Shown here: one piece after another, positions 24,771 through 37,534 of the stretch | How the letters are laid out: each line of letters starts with the position of its first letter | How positions within the stretch are numbered: the first letter of the stretch is position 1 | Assembly: GCF_006345805.1 (NCBI RefSeq) | Contig: NC_043012.1 | Location: 22,816,001-22,880,000 of the forward strand | Direction: 5' to 3' | Origin: Octopus sinensis | Lineage: Eukaryota | Length of the DNA: 64,000 nucleotides | Position numbers and translations under genes: made by a program | The notes under the pieces: model-generated | Told to the model about the DNA's origin: nothing | Seen by the model: only the letters and a program-made list of their open reading frames with translations | Database searches by the model: none

Positions 24771-25913
24771 AGAATTGGCTCTATAAGATGTAGGGTTTCA
24801 AGAAAATTACAAATTTGATAGAAATATTTTGAATCTCTATTGCAATGATGATAATTTAGTTTTAAAAGCATGCATACACAGATGCATGTGTGTGTGTGTA
24901 TATATATATATATATAGACAGATGGATGAAAATTTTATATATATAGTAATATTTCTATTTCATATGCATGTGCAAACGTATGCACACACACATGCATGTG
25001 CACAGATTCACATGTGTTTCCGAGGGCTTATTTATTTCAGTCCACCTACGTGTCATGTTGCAACTAGATCTGCTTTATGATAGAAGAATATCTCGGGATT
25101 AGAAAACATCTGTTTCAACAACAAAAATCTGCTGAGTCAATGTAAGAAATTATGTGAAGGCTTAACTTACTTACTATTAACAAGACTGTAATTTCCATAT
25201 ACATACATACATACATACACACATCTGTCTATATGTATGTATGTATATATGTATGTGTATGTATGTATACTTTCTGAAGTACTGATGGCAGAAGGAATTC
25301 TAAGATCTAAACCCCCGAAGGGTTTAATCCAAACGAATCTGAACACGTAATTCTGATCTGGTGAAAAAAATATAGTTACATAGCCTAAAATAATCAGTTT
25401 ATATTTCCAGCAGGTTAACAGACTTACTTATGTATCTGCATGTTTCAATAATAAATAATGTAAAGATATATGTAAAATGAGAGCTTCCATATAGGGAAGA
25501 TGGCCAAGTCAAAAAGTCAGATGGACTTGGACTACTAGTGGAAAGATGTTCTGAGTGTCACAGACATAACAATGGTTAAAATGCTCAAATGCTCATTCCC
25601 CCAACAGACCACATCAGAGAACTATATAAAATATGTTAATAAATGGAAGAAGCAGCACTATGAAATTACCGAGTGTATTGTCTGCTTGTAGTATTAACTT
25701 TTTACCTTGCACTGTGAATGTCCTGTGGCATTGCCCTGAAAGGTTAAGGTGAACAAATTGTCCCCCTACAACTTTTTTTTCAGTCTGTTACTTATTCTAT
25801 CAACCCCTTATACTGAAGCTTTTAGCTTCAGGGATGCAAACAGACCAACACTGGATGTCAAGTGGGGGGGGGAAGCCAAACACAAGCATAAACACACACA
25901 TTTATGTATATAT

Positions 25914-26215
25914 CATCATCATCATCATTTAGCGTCCGCTTTCCATTCTAGCATGGGTTGGACGGTTCAACTGGGGTCTGGGAAGCCAGAAGGCTGCATC
26001 AGGCCCAGTCTGATCTGGCAGTGTTTCTACAGCTGGATGCCCTTCCTAACGCCAACCACTCCGTGAGTGTCGTGGGTGCTTTTTACGTGCCACCCGCACA
26101 GGTGCCAGACGGGGCTGGCTAACGGCCACAGACGGATGGTGCTTTTTACGTGCCACCGGCACGGGGGCCAGGCTAGGCTGGCAACGGCCACGAACAGATG
26201 GTGCTTTTTACGTGA
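25914..26215 (-). mobile_element. Family D SINE with about 2.5 internal units
   Basis: Near-identical to 19379 and 31854 over the first ~170 bp. Confidence 0.9.
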
Positions 26216-26320
26216 TATAAATATATATATAAAATAATTATTTGAGGGAATATAAATCCAAACTTACAGGGAAAAAAATTCATTTAGAAATACTAAATCA
26301 AATTTCACACAATTATAATA

Positions 26321-26355
<35 letters not shown>

Positions 26356-27064
26356 GTATATATATATATATAATATATTAAGAGAGAGAGAGAGAGAGAG
26401 AGCAGGTGAATTGGGATGAGTAAGCCAGACATTTAACTCATGAAGCACTTGCACAGATGGTGGCTGAAAATTAAAAGATGGGGAGGTCTTTCAGGACACC
26501 ACTGCTCCAATAACCTATAAAAGTCCACAAAACATCCCTGGAGATAAACCAGGAGTTGTGGACATGCAAATGGCATGATGCAAGATTGGTTTTAAAGGAA
26601 ACAGTGTGAACTATATCATCATCATCATCATTTAACTTTCGCCTTCGATGCTAGCATGGGTGGCACAGTTTCACCAGACTTCTGTGACTGCTTTGGCATG
26701 ATTTTTACAGCTGGATGCCCTTCCTAACATCAACCAAGCCTGGAATGAATATTCTCATATTTATTCTTAGTATGTTTTAGCAGGTTAAGACACATAACAT
26801 GCTAGTTACTGTAGTGTTTGTCAAAGGAGAAAAACTTCTCTTTTGTGATAAAGGTGTATTCAACACATTTGACTTAATAATGTAGAGGATGGTTGGGCAC
26901 CAGTGTTTTGATATGTGTCCCATTAACCAGATGAACCTCAGATTTTTGAGTCTAACCAAGTAGATGGTCTTTGTTTTATATATATATATAAATATATATA
27001 TACACACATATACATATATATATTATATAAATTAGAGACAAAACCACTATTATGCAAATCATAT

Positions 27065-27345
27065 ATGTATATCTATATATGCTGAGACCCACTTCATGAC
27101 TGACCATGGGATTGCACCTAGAAAGTTATCCTCCCAGGCACAAGTCTGGGCAAGGTTGTTTTATGGAAGACCAGCAGTTGCCCATGCATACCGGCCTCCC
27201 CTCTCCATGCCACCAGTGTTATCCAAGGGAAAAGCAAATGCCAATACAGCTTGGCACCAGTGACGTCACAACTCATTTCTACAGCTAAGTGAACTGGAGC
27301 AATGTGAAATAAAGTGTCTTGCTCTCAAGAACACAACATGCAACC
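27065..27345 (-). mobile_element. CORE-like SINE 3' part
   Basis: ctcccaggcacaagtctgggcaag.ttgtttatggaagaccagcagt..cccatgcataccggcctcccctctccatgccaccagtgttatccaaggg nearly identical to 56160-56270. Confidence 0.8.
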
Positions 27346-28103
27346 TGTTGCTCTTGTGTTGGTGGCACCTAAAAAGCATTTGCTCCAGCATGGCTGCAAT
27401 GAAATGACTGAAATAAAAGAATACACACAATGGGCTTTCAAACTGTTTCCATGTACCAAATTCACTCACAAAGCATGTCAGACCAAAGCTAAAGTTGAAG
27501 ACACTTGTCTGAGGTACTGTGAAGTGGGTCTGAACCCAAAACCTTGTGGTTGCAAAGTAAGCTTCTTATCCACCCAGCCATGCATAAACTTATGAGAGCA
27601 ATGACTATGCTTATAACAGCCACGTCTGAACCTATATGGATTTGTTTCCTAACATGCTTTTACATAGTTTTAGCAGCAGTAATTTGAAGGGTCAGGTCAA
27701 ACATTTGAAATATTTAGATATTTAGACAGGAGTTCAATGGACTAATTAAGAAGTGGCATTAATTATAACAAAATATCAGATGTCAGCGTTTAGTACTGTG
27801 TCTGAGATTTTTGGTTTGGTGAGTTAATTATTAGTGTAAATGATACTATAATCTCTGTTCATAAACAGAGCTGCTGTTTTCATCCAATTCCCTGTAGACA
27901 TGGCATAACTAAAAGATAAAAGATAATAAAGCTGACAATGGAAATAATGTGAAAGTTTTGAACAAGCAAACAGAGATGAATATAGACAAACTACTTGGTA
28001 AATTAAATGACTTGATAGAGTAAAATTGCCTCAAAAGTCTGTTGAAAGTAGTATTGGATATTAGAAACATAGGTTAGTATGTGTGTATATATATATATAT
28101 ATA

Positions 28104-28516
28104 GACGCAGGAGTGGCTGTGTGGTAAGTAGCTTGCTTATCAACCACACGGTTCCGAGTTCAGTCCCACTGCGTGGCACCTTGGGCAAGTGTCTTCTACT
28201 ATAGCCTCGGGCCGACCAAAGCCTTGTGAGTAGATTTGGTAGACGGAAACTGAAAGAAGCCCATCGTATATATGTATATATATATATGCATGTGTGTATG
28301 TTTGTGTGTCTGTGTTTGTCCCCCTAGCATTGCTTGACAACCAATGCTGGTGTGTAACCGTTACTTAGCGGTTTGGCAAAAGAGACCGATAGAATAAGTG
28401 CTTGGCTTACAAAAGAATAAGTCCCGGGGTCGAGTTGCTCGATTAAAGGCGGTGCTCAAGCATGGCCACAGTCAAATGACTGAAACAAGTAAAAGTGTAA
28501 AAGAGAGTAAAAGAGT
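28104..28516 (+). mobile_element. Full-length family A tRNA-derived SINE
   Basis: gacgcaggagtggctgtgtggtaag (A box), ggttccgagttcagtccc (B box), internal (TA/TG)n, (AAAAGAGT)n tail; many sister copies in the window. Confidence 0.92.
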
Positions 28517-28604
28517 ATATATATATATATATATGAGAAAGAAAAGTGCAAAAGTGTTTCAATTTAAATATATCATGAAAATTACGCACACACATCATCA
28601 TCAT

Positions 28605-29345
28605 CATCATCGTTGACATTGTTTAACGTCCGCTTTCCATACTGGAATGGGTTGGATGGTTTAACTGAGGGCTGGCAAGCCAGAAGGCTGTACAAGGCTC
28701 CAATCTGATCGGGAAAGGTTTCTACAACTGGATGCCCTTCCTAATGCCAAACACTCTGAGAGTGTAGTAGGTGCTTTTTATGTGTCACTGGCATGAGGAC
28801 CAGTCAGGCAGTACTGGCATTGACCACGCTTAAATGGTGCTTTCTATGTGCCACTAGCACGGGAGCCAGATAGGTGACACTGGCAATGACCATGCTTGAA
28901 TGGTGCTTTTTACAGAGCACTGGTATGGGAGCCAGTTAGGAGGCACTGGCAATGATTACGCTCGAATGGTGCATTTTATGTGCCACCAGCATGGGACCAG
29001 TCAGCCGGCACTGGCATGAACCACACTCAAATGGTGCTTTTTACGTGCCATTGGCATGGGAACCAGTCAGGCAGCACTGGCATCAACCACATTTGAATGG
29101 TGCTTTTTATGGGTGCCAATCAGGTGGTACTGGCATTGGCCATGTCAATGACTTCACTTGCCTCAACAGGTCTTCGCAAGTGCAGTTTATGGCCCAATGA
29201 TTGAAGGGTACTCTTAAATGGGCTGGTTATGCTGCACTGGCATAGGCCATAGTTACATCTCACTTGACTTGCCAGGTCTTCTCAAGCACAGTATATCTCC
29301 AAAGGTCTCAGTCACTTGTCATTGCCTCCGAGAGGCCCAACATTC
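28605..29345 (-). mobile_element. Long family D element with about 6 degenerate internal units
   Basis: (CAT)n and gtttaacgtccgctttccat start; repeated aatggtgctttt.atgtgcca.tggca.ggga.cagt; distal part (ctcaagcaca..atatc.ccaaaggtctcagtcact) also seen at ~835-870. Confidence 0.8.
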
Positions 29346-29378
29346 AAAAGTCGAGCTTCACACATGCACTTTTATATA

Positions 29379-29900
29379 TGAGGGTGGGCGTAAAAGTTCA
29401 CAGACTGCCTTTGGAGGAGTGATGCTAGAGCTGTGAAATCTTGCATGCATGAATTTCAACCCCTCTTCTTGAAAACTGCATTGCTTTTTCCCAGGTAAAC
29501 TGACATCTGACAGTTCACAGACTTCAGAAGTAACTAGAGGTGACTTTCCTTGAAACTGGACAGAATTTGGCATCATGGTGTTATCAAGTATCACAGTAAA
29601 AGGGTTTAGCCCCCAAGGACACTCATGCTGATGTGGTTGCTGCATTAGGGGATAACCCTCCAGCTTTATCAACAGTGAAAAAATGGGCAGTTGGATTTAG
29701 GAGGGAAAGAGGGGAATTTTGAAGATGATCTAAGGTCAGGATGTCCTGCAACTGCCACCATTGAGAATGGATGACAGGCAATTGACTATAAATCAAAAAT
29801 GCCAATGTTTATTAGCATATCCTGGTGACAGAATTGAGAATATTCTCTTCAATGAACTTGACATGATGAAGGTTTCCGTTCTGTGGGTGCCATGTTGGAG
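29379..29900 (+). mobile_element. Decayed mariner (Tc1/mariner) transposon: 5' TIR and N-terminal HTH region of the transposase
   Basis: TA plus tgagggtgggcgtaaaagttca start; frameshifted peptides GLAPKDTHADVVAALGDNPPALSTVKKWAVGF / EDDLRSGCPATAT / MDDRQLTINQ..RIENILFNELDMMKVSVLWVPC (mariner EDxPRSGRP and WVPHEL-like motifs). Confidence 0.88.
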
Positions 29901-30305
29901 GATTGAAAAGGCATGTCAAAGGAATTCATATTGTGGCACCTGTTCCTTCTCCCAGCCAGCACAGCTGTGCATTACACAAAAGAATGTGCAAATTTTTGGC
30001 CGGGATCAAGAGTTATACAAGGGCCTCACATTGCATGATCAATGACTTATTTCAATGACCCTTTCTAGCAATGGTTTTGCTTGTATACAAGAAAGCAGCA
30101 CGTGCATGCATGTCTTTATGTATGTATGTATGTATGTAAGTTTTCATGCATGCATATATGTCATTATTCAGTTTATTTCAAGATTTCTTGCCAATATAGA
30201 AAGAACTGGTTTCTAACCTAGATCCAGGGTTTCTTCATTGGACTTTCCACATCAACAACAGGGTATTTATGTATGTATGTATGTATGTATATGTGTTTGT
30301 GTATG

Positions 30306-30339
<34 letters not shown>

Positions 30340-31220
30340 TGTATGCAGGGTTGAAAATTTTGCTAAAAACCTAAAAACGAGAATAAAAAGTAAATATGAC
30401 CAAAGTAACTGGTTGACCAATATTAAAATTGAGATTAAATCTTCCAAAATCAGGTTTTATCACTGATGAATAATAGAGATTATCTTAAACAGCCTGTTAT
30501 CAAAACCTGTCTGACCTGTTCTAGCAACAGCAACATCTAGCAGACAACAGGAATGATGATGAGGATGGTGGGTGATTGTACGTAAGGTGACAACAGTGGA
30601 GATAATAACAGACAGGATGATGACGATGACAACAACAGCAACGATACTGCTGCTGCTGATAATGATGATGATAGTGTTGCCAGGTTACATTCAGAGTTCA
30701 CTTAATAGGCTGCAGCTAAACAGTTATACAACCTAATCAGGGTCTCTCTGTACCAAAACGTTTGGACTGAATTCTTCTTTACTTTCTTTTCAAGCTGCCA
30801 AAAATTACAATTTTCCTACAGTATTTTTATTGCAATTTTTCCATTTCTTGAAAATTATTAAAATTTTGAAAAAAAAAAAGAAACAAAACACAAAAACATA
30901 AAAAAAGACTCTAAACAACAAACAAACAAAAAAGAAGATAATCTTTCTATAGTGGTCAATGATTATACAACTCATTGGCATTCAAAGAAGTTCTTATGGA
31001 GAAATGAGTAGAAATATGGAGGTGTATGTATGGTAAACCTATTTCATTAAATACCTGTAATCTCTTAAAAGCACTTGTTTCTCTTGCATAATGGATTCAA
31101 CATGGTAGTAGAAATTATAAAACGGCAATGCTTGGGGAATAAATCTATTAAACAATCAAATATTGGTTATTTACTAAGATGCTTCTTCCATATCCGTCTG
31201 TCTCACTCTCTCTATCTCTA

Positions 31221-31239
<19 letters not shown>

Positions 31240-31253
<14 letters not shown>

Positions 31254-31404
31254 GCATATGTAGATATATATACATGCATATATAGATATATATACATGCA
31301 TATATAGATATATATACATGCATATATAGATATATATACATGCATATATAGATATATATATACATGCATATATATATATATATATATATATGCATATATC
31401 TATA

Positions 31405-31443
<39 letters not shown>

Positions 31444-31745
31444 TATTATATATGCATATATCTATATATGTATATATATGTATATATATATAGATATATG
31501 CATATCTATATATATTGTATATATATATGTATATATATATATAGATATATGCATATATATATGTATATATATATATATAGATATATAGATATATATGTAT
31601 ATATATATTATATACATGCATATATATATATATTATACATATATATATAATATATATATACATGCATATATATATATATATATACATGCATATATATATA
31701 TATATATAACATGCATATATATATACATGCATATATATATATACA

Positions 31746-31780
<35 letters not shown>

Positions 31781-31820
31781 GCATATATATATATATATAT
31801 ATAATATATATATATATACA

Positions 31821-31850
<30 letters not shown>
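31240..31850. repeat. (TA)n-derived tract with a 22-bp unit (TAGATATATATACATGCATATA)
   Basis: About five units at ~31260-31370; TACATGCA nodes continue to 31830. Confidence 0.9.
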
Positions 31851-31853
<3 letters not shown>

Positions 31854-31855
<2 letters not shown>

Positions 31856-32359
31856 TCATCATCATCATCATCATCATTTAACGTCCGCTTTCCATGCTAG
31901 CATGGGTTGGACGGTTCAACTGGGGTCTGGGGAGCCCGAAAGCTGCACCAGTCCAGTCAGATCTGGCAGTGTTTCTACAGCTGGATGCCCTTCCTAACGC
32001 CAACCACTCCGAGAGTGTAGTGGGTGATTTTATGTGCCACCGACACAGGTGCCAGACGAGGCTGACAAACGGTCACGCTCGGATGGTGTTTTTTATGTGC
32101 CACCGACACAGGTGCCAGACGAGGCTGGCAGACGGCCACGCTCGGATGGTGTTTTTTATGTGCCACCGACACAGGTGCCAGACGAGGCTGGCAGACGGCC
32201 ACGCTCGGTGTGTTTATGGCCACCGACACAGGTGCCAGACGAGGCTGGCAAACGGCCACGATCGGATGGTGCTTGTTACGTGCCCACAGCACGGAGGCCA
32301 GTCGATGCGGTACAACCCATGCTAGCATGGAGAACGGACGTTAAACAATGATGATGATG
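31854..32359 (-). mobile_element. Family D SINE with 63-bp internal units and an inverted copy of its own 3' end at the other terminus
   Basis: gtgccaccgacacaggtgccagacgagg at 32034, 32097 and 32160; 32313-32359 (caacccatgctagcatggagaacggacgttaaacaatgatgatgatg) is a near reverse complement of the left terminus. Confidence 0.9.
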
Positions 32360-32947
32360 CATATATATATATATATATTCTTATAATTCTATTTAATCAT
32401 AGCAATATCTCATGCGTGTTTGTCATATATCCATCTGCTTATCAAATCAACTTTTGATTATTCCTTCTACGATTTTCCAAAGTGCTGTGGATTGGATGGT
32501 AAGAGAAATTGATGGGAAGGAGAGCTTCTCATGAACAGAGTCTACCATAATATATATAATTTCAAATTTCTCTAAAACTACGCAGCTAATGCTCTTAATA
32601 AAGCTTGTCCTCCATTCAGGGTTACCTCAACGGAAGTGAATTAAACTGTGGATTGTAGTTACCATCATCATTGTCTTTTAACGTTCACTTTTCCATGCTT
32701 GCATGGGTCAGATGGAATTTTTTGAAGCAGATTTCCTATGGTTGGATGTCTCTCTTGTTGCAAAAAGCCTCACCTATTTCCAAGTAAAGTAATATTTCCC
32801 AAGGCCAGACATATTTTCCACAGAAGACTAGAAATGAAGGGCATCACTTTAATGATCCTGACACTTGCTTACAACGAGCACATGGTGCCACGGAGACACC
32901 AACTCATGTATACATGTGTGTGTGTGTGTGTATTTATAAAGGGATAA

Positions 32948-33154
32948 CTCTCTCTCTTTTACTCTTTTACTTGTTTCAGCCATTTGACTGCAGCTATGCT
33001 GGAGCAACTCGACCTCGGGACTTATTCTTTGTAAGCCCAGTACTTATTCTATCGGTCTCTTTTGCCGAACCGCTAAGTAATGGGGACATAAACACACCAG
33101 TATCGGTTGTCAAGCAATGCTAGGGGGACAAACACAGACACACAAATACACACA

Positions 33155-33190
<36 letters not shown>

Positions 33191-33340
33191 TACGACAGGC
33201 TTCTTTCAGTTTCCGCCTACCAAATCCACTCACAAGGCTTTGGTCGGCCCAAGGCTATAGTAGAAGACACTTGCCCAAGGTGCCACGCAGTGGGACTGAA
33301 CCCGGAACCATGTGGTTGGTAAACAAGTTACTTACCACAT
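32948..33340 (-). mobile_element. Family A SINE
   Basis: Reverse complement colinear with 28104-28516. Confidence 0.9.
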
Positions 33341-33664
33341 AAATGAATTTTACGGTATCATTACAGTTGTTTCATTAAGAGATGATACTGTGATGTAAAC
33401 ATCATACAAATAATTATGCATATCTATGCAACATCAATAAGCTTACCCAATATGTTACATATGAACTCTCAAATCCTTAGATAATACCATAGTTTAAGCA
33501 AGTAGAATATCATATTCCATTATACTGATTTCAATACAATGGTATTATCTGAGGAGTTGAGAGTTTATATGAATAAGTGGTACAGTTGATCAAACATGAA
33601 TGCTCATCATGAAAACTGATGGAGATCCATTTTTTTGCATATGTGTATATATACATGTATATTT

Positions 33665-33951
33665 ATGAGCGTGACTGATGCCAGTGCCACCTGACAGGCT
33701 CCTGTGCTGGTGGCACGTAAAAAGCTCCCACTATAATCTTGGAGTGGTTAGTGTAAGGAAGGGCATCTAGCTGTAGAAACCGTGCCAGATCAGATTGGAG
33801 CCTGGTGCATCCTCCTGGCTTGCTAGTCCTCAGCCAAACAGTCCAACCCATGCCAGCATGGAAAGCAGACGTTAAACAATGATGATGATGATACGTAAGT
33901 GTTGAACAAGGAGAATGAGTGCTCAGTACTGCATAAAAAGTATATATATAT

Positions 33952-33985
<34 letters not shown>

Positions 33986-34200
33986 TCATCATCATCATCA
34001 TTGTTTAACGTCTGTTTTCCATGGCAGCATGGGTTGGAAGGTTCGACTGTGGTCTGGGAAGCCAGGAGGCTGCACCAGGTTCCTATCTGATCTGGCATTG
34101 CTTCTACATCTGGATGCCCTTCCTAACGCCAAACACTCCGTGAGTGTAGTGGGTGCGTTTTACATGTCACCGGCACGGAAGCCAGTCAGGGTGGCATGTG
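33665..34200. mobile_element. Tail-to-tail inverted pair of family D SINEs (33665-33893 plus; 33983-34200 minus)
   Basis: First ends ggaaagcagacgttaaacaatgatgat; second begins catcatcattgtttaacgtctgttttccatgg; ~90 bp apart. Confidence 0.88.
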
Positions 34201-34259
34201 TGTATGCATAAAAAATATATATATATATGTATATATATATGTGTGTGTGTGTGCGTGTA

Positions 34260-34260
34260 A

Positions 34261-34337
<77 letters not shown>
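34260..34337. repeat. (TAGA)n microsatellite
   Basis: Direct reading. Confidence 0.97.
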
Positions 34338-34998
34338 CTAGCAATCTGCTTAGTCCTATAAAATCTTTACATTTGAAATTATCTTCTCTCCAGTTAAATG
34401 ATTTAAATCAAATACTAAGAGAAGTACTTCTTTTATTATTCATCAAAACATAATCCTACTCTACAAGTAGCACTACGTGAAGATTTGCAAAGCTGATATT
34501 TTGGAATAGAAAGCAGTTTGCGTTTAGGAATGAGTACAAGTTCGGAGTTTAAACAGAAAGAACGGTGGAGCAGAAATTTGCATTTCCTTCTATGTATGCA
34601 CTATAGATGTGGGTGTGGGTGAGAATTGACACACATGCGTGTAAACAAAATCTATGGTGTAAAACACACACATATATACATACATACACACACATATATA
34701 TATATATGCATATATATATATATATATAGATAGATAGATAGATAGATATATAGATATACATATGCATACATATATATACATATATATATTTATATATACA
34801 TATGCATATACATATATACATGTATACATAAACATGTGTATTTGTGTACATATGTAAATAAGCATGTACATCTTTCTATAAATAAACAGAGACATATATA
34901 AGACACACATGCACATTCAACTGCCTCCGTACACACACACACACACACACTATGCAGTCAGAATACAGACCTACAAGGATACATATACCAAATAAGAG

Positions 34999-35075
<77 letters not shown>

Positions 35076-35148
35076 TATATATACATATACATATATATAT
35101 ATATATAGATATACATATACATATATATATATATATATATATACATAC

Positions 35149-35179
<31 letters not shown>

Positions 35180-36119
35180 CATAATATATATATATATTTA
35201 TTTAAAGAAAGCTTCAAGACAGACTGGAGCAAGAAAGATTTCATCAGATCCCATCAATATTCTACAAACGCTGCCTTGTAGCTATTGGTTGAGAAAAAAA
35301 AAAATTTATTCCAGAGGTTTAGGTAATCACTTTATTCCTGGGAAAAAAAAATCCTGGTTCAGTAAACTGCAGCATTTAGAATAATTAGCCAAAAATTTAG
35401 TGTACGCATCTCTAAAAAAAAAAAATAAAGCAATCATTTTTGATTTGCTTAGGAATGGTTTTCGTGCATGCTTTCTTTGTTTTGTGTGTTTTTTTTTTGT
35501 TTTTTTCTTTTGTTATGTATTTAAATTCTTAATGTTGCAATCAACATACTGGCTGGCAGAGGAACCTGGGGAAATAAACCGTGGCTGGCAGCAAGTGACA
35601 TTAATACTCATGATTCACACAACATTGTATTAAAACTCAAACCATTTTGTCAGAATGTTTAGTTTAGAATGATGTTTGTTGTTTGTGTTGTGTGTGTGTT
35701 TTTTTTCTCTTCTTTCTTTGTTATTTAATAAATTTTTTTTTTTTTTTTGTCTTTTGTTGGCAGAAAGCAAGTTTAAAAAAAAATACACACGCAAAAGCTA
35801 AAATGTAAACAAACTAGACCCAAAACCATTTAACAAAACAGTTTGCATTTTCAACAGGTGATGCTACTTAGCAACTACAGATTCTTTTTCTATGTGATAC
35901 CACCAACCAACCAACCAACCAATCAACTGACCAACCGACTGACCAGCGAACCAGCCAGCCAAACAAAAGACTGAGCAACTGAGCAACCAACTAACCAATG
36001 AGCCAACCAATCAGACCAACGACTGACCCACACATTTGAAATGCTCAATGGCTGGTATCAACAGTTTAAAATCATAACAAATTGATAGTTTCTAGTTGTC
36101 AAAAGTGAAGATTATTACA

Positions 36120-36687
36120 TCAAGACCCATTAATGATATGCAGTACCAGGCAGTGGCTCTCATGGCTTCTCTTCTTAACTGATTGGGAAATATTATCATG
36201 TACATTGTTTTGTCTTGCTATAAAAGATGGGCTACAGCAAATATTTTGCTCAATACAACAGATTTGCTTGTCAGTTGCTTGACCATAACCAGTTGAGCAT
36301 GTCCCTTAGTGGCTGACCATATGTGCATCTCTGATCACGAGCAGAAATAGTGGGGGAGCATCATAGCTATGTGTTGTTGAGAGGAATTTTGGGGGTTTCA
36401 ATAATTCACCCCTGGAAACATCCTTAAACAACACTCAATCAGGGACCTTTTGAGTGGGATGGGCTACTCGACCTGAAGAAAATTCTAACTGGATCCCCCC
36501 TGCAGCAAAGTCATGCACTATTTATCTTGATATGAGATCACCATGTTGCACACATATGGTTGTGATGCATGTGTCCTGGTGCACTCTTATCAGACAGGTG
36601 GTCATGATGGGTATACTGGGTTACATATATCTGTACCCCAATGTCACTTTGATGGCATGCACTGCTCTCTCACTCAATAATAATAAT
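36120..36687 (+). mobile_element. Probable interspersed retroposon with (AAT)n tail
   Basis: GC-richer island ending gcactgctctctcactcaataataataat; recognised as an octopus-type repeat from recall, single copy in the window. Confidence 0.5.
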
Positions 36688-37112
36688 CCTTTCTACTATA
36701 GGGACAAGCATTGAAATATTAGGGGAAGGAGATAATCGATTACAATGACTCTCGTACTCGACTGGTCTTGTGTAATTGACCCTGAAAGGGATGAAAGGCA
36801 AAGTCGACCTCAGCAGAATTTGAACTCAGAATCTACAGATAGATGAAATGCTGCCAAGTATTTTGCCACTTTGCTAATGATTCTATCAATAACAACAATC
36901 TTTTCTACTCTAGGCACAAAGCCTGAAATTTAAGGGAGGGGTAAGTCAATTAGATTGACCCCAGTACGCAACTGGTAGTTAATTTATCAACCCTGAAAGG
37001 ATGAAAGGTAAAGGCGACCTCAGCAGAATTTGAACTCAGAACATAAAGACAGATGAAATGTCACTAAGCATTTTACTTGGTATGCTAGGGATTCTACCAG
37101 CTCATCACTTTT
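36688..37112 (-). mobile_element. Two tandem family B SINEs
   Basis: gaaaggatgaaagg.aaag.cgacctcagcagaatttgaactcagaa occurs twice (~36785 and ~37000). Confidence 0.85.
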
Positions 37113-37125
37113 ATATGATAATAAC

Positions 37126-37493
37126 AACAAGAGCACTCTGAGAGCACAAATCTCTGCCATGGCAACACCAACATCTTTTCAACATTTAGCCAGAGATGAA
37201 TTTTAAAATGAGACTATCTGAAATAAACTCGACTGCTCTCACAAATGAGAATACTAAAAATGAACCCAACAGCACTCAACAATTAAGTAAAAAAAAAAAA
37301 AAATGGTAAAATAATCCAGAATCCTTGTCTGGTACCAGATTGATCCCAAAATTTAATCAGTTTGTGCCAGTCATGAGGCCAAACATCCCTGAAAGTTTCA
37401 TCCGAATTCATCCAGCAGTTCTTGAGATATCTTGGCCATGGACAAATAAACAAACAAGACCGAAAGCAATACCTCTGCCTTTGCTAAGGTGGA

Positions 37494-37498
<5 letters not shown>
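37126..37498 (-). mobile_element. Non-autonomous Helentron-associated (HINE/DINE-1-like) element
   Basis: Terminal subTIR and inverted repeat acctctgcctt-tgct-aaggtggaggt (37471-37496); (TTTG)n-like tract; second subTIR-like atctctgcc (37150-37158); short wobble stem-loop gtgctc-tca-gagtgc (minus, ~37132-37146); T-rich insertion site. Confidence 0.6.

Positions 37499-37530
<32 letters not shown>

Positions 37531-37534
<4 letters not shown>

Noticed and set aside
35895-36035. Structured-looking CCAA/CTGA repeat region
   Set aside because: Degenerate (CCAA)n tetranucleotide microsatellite.
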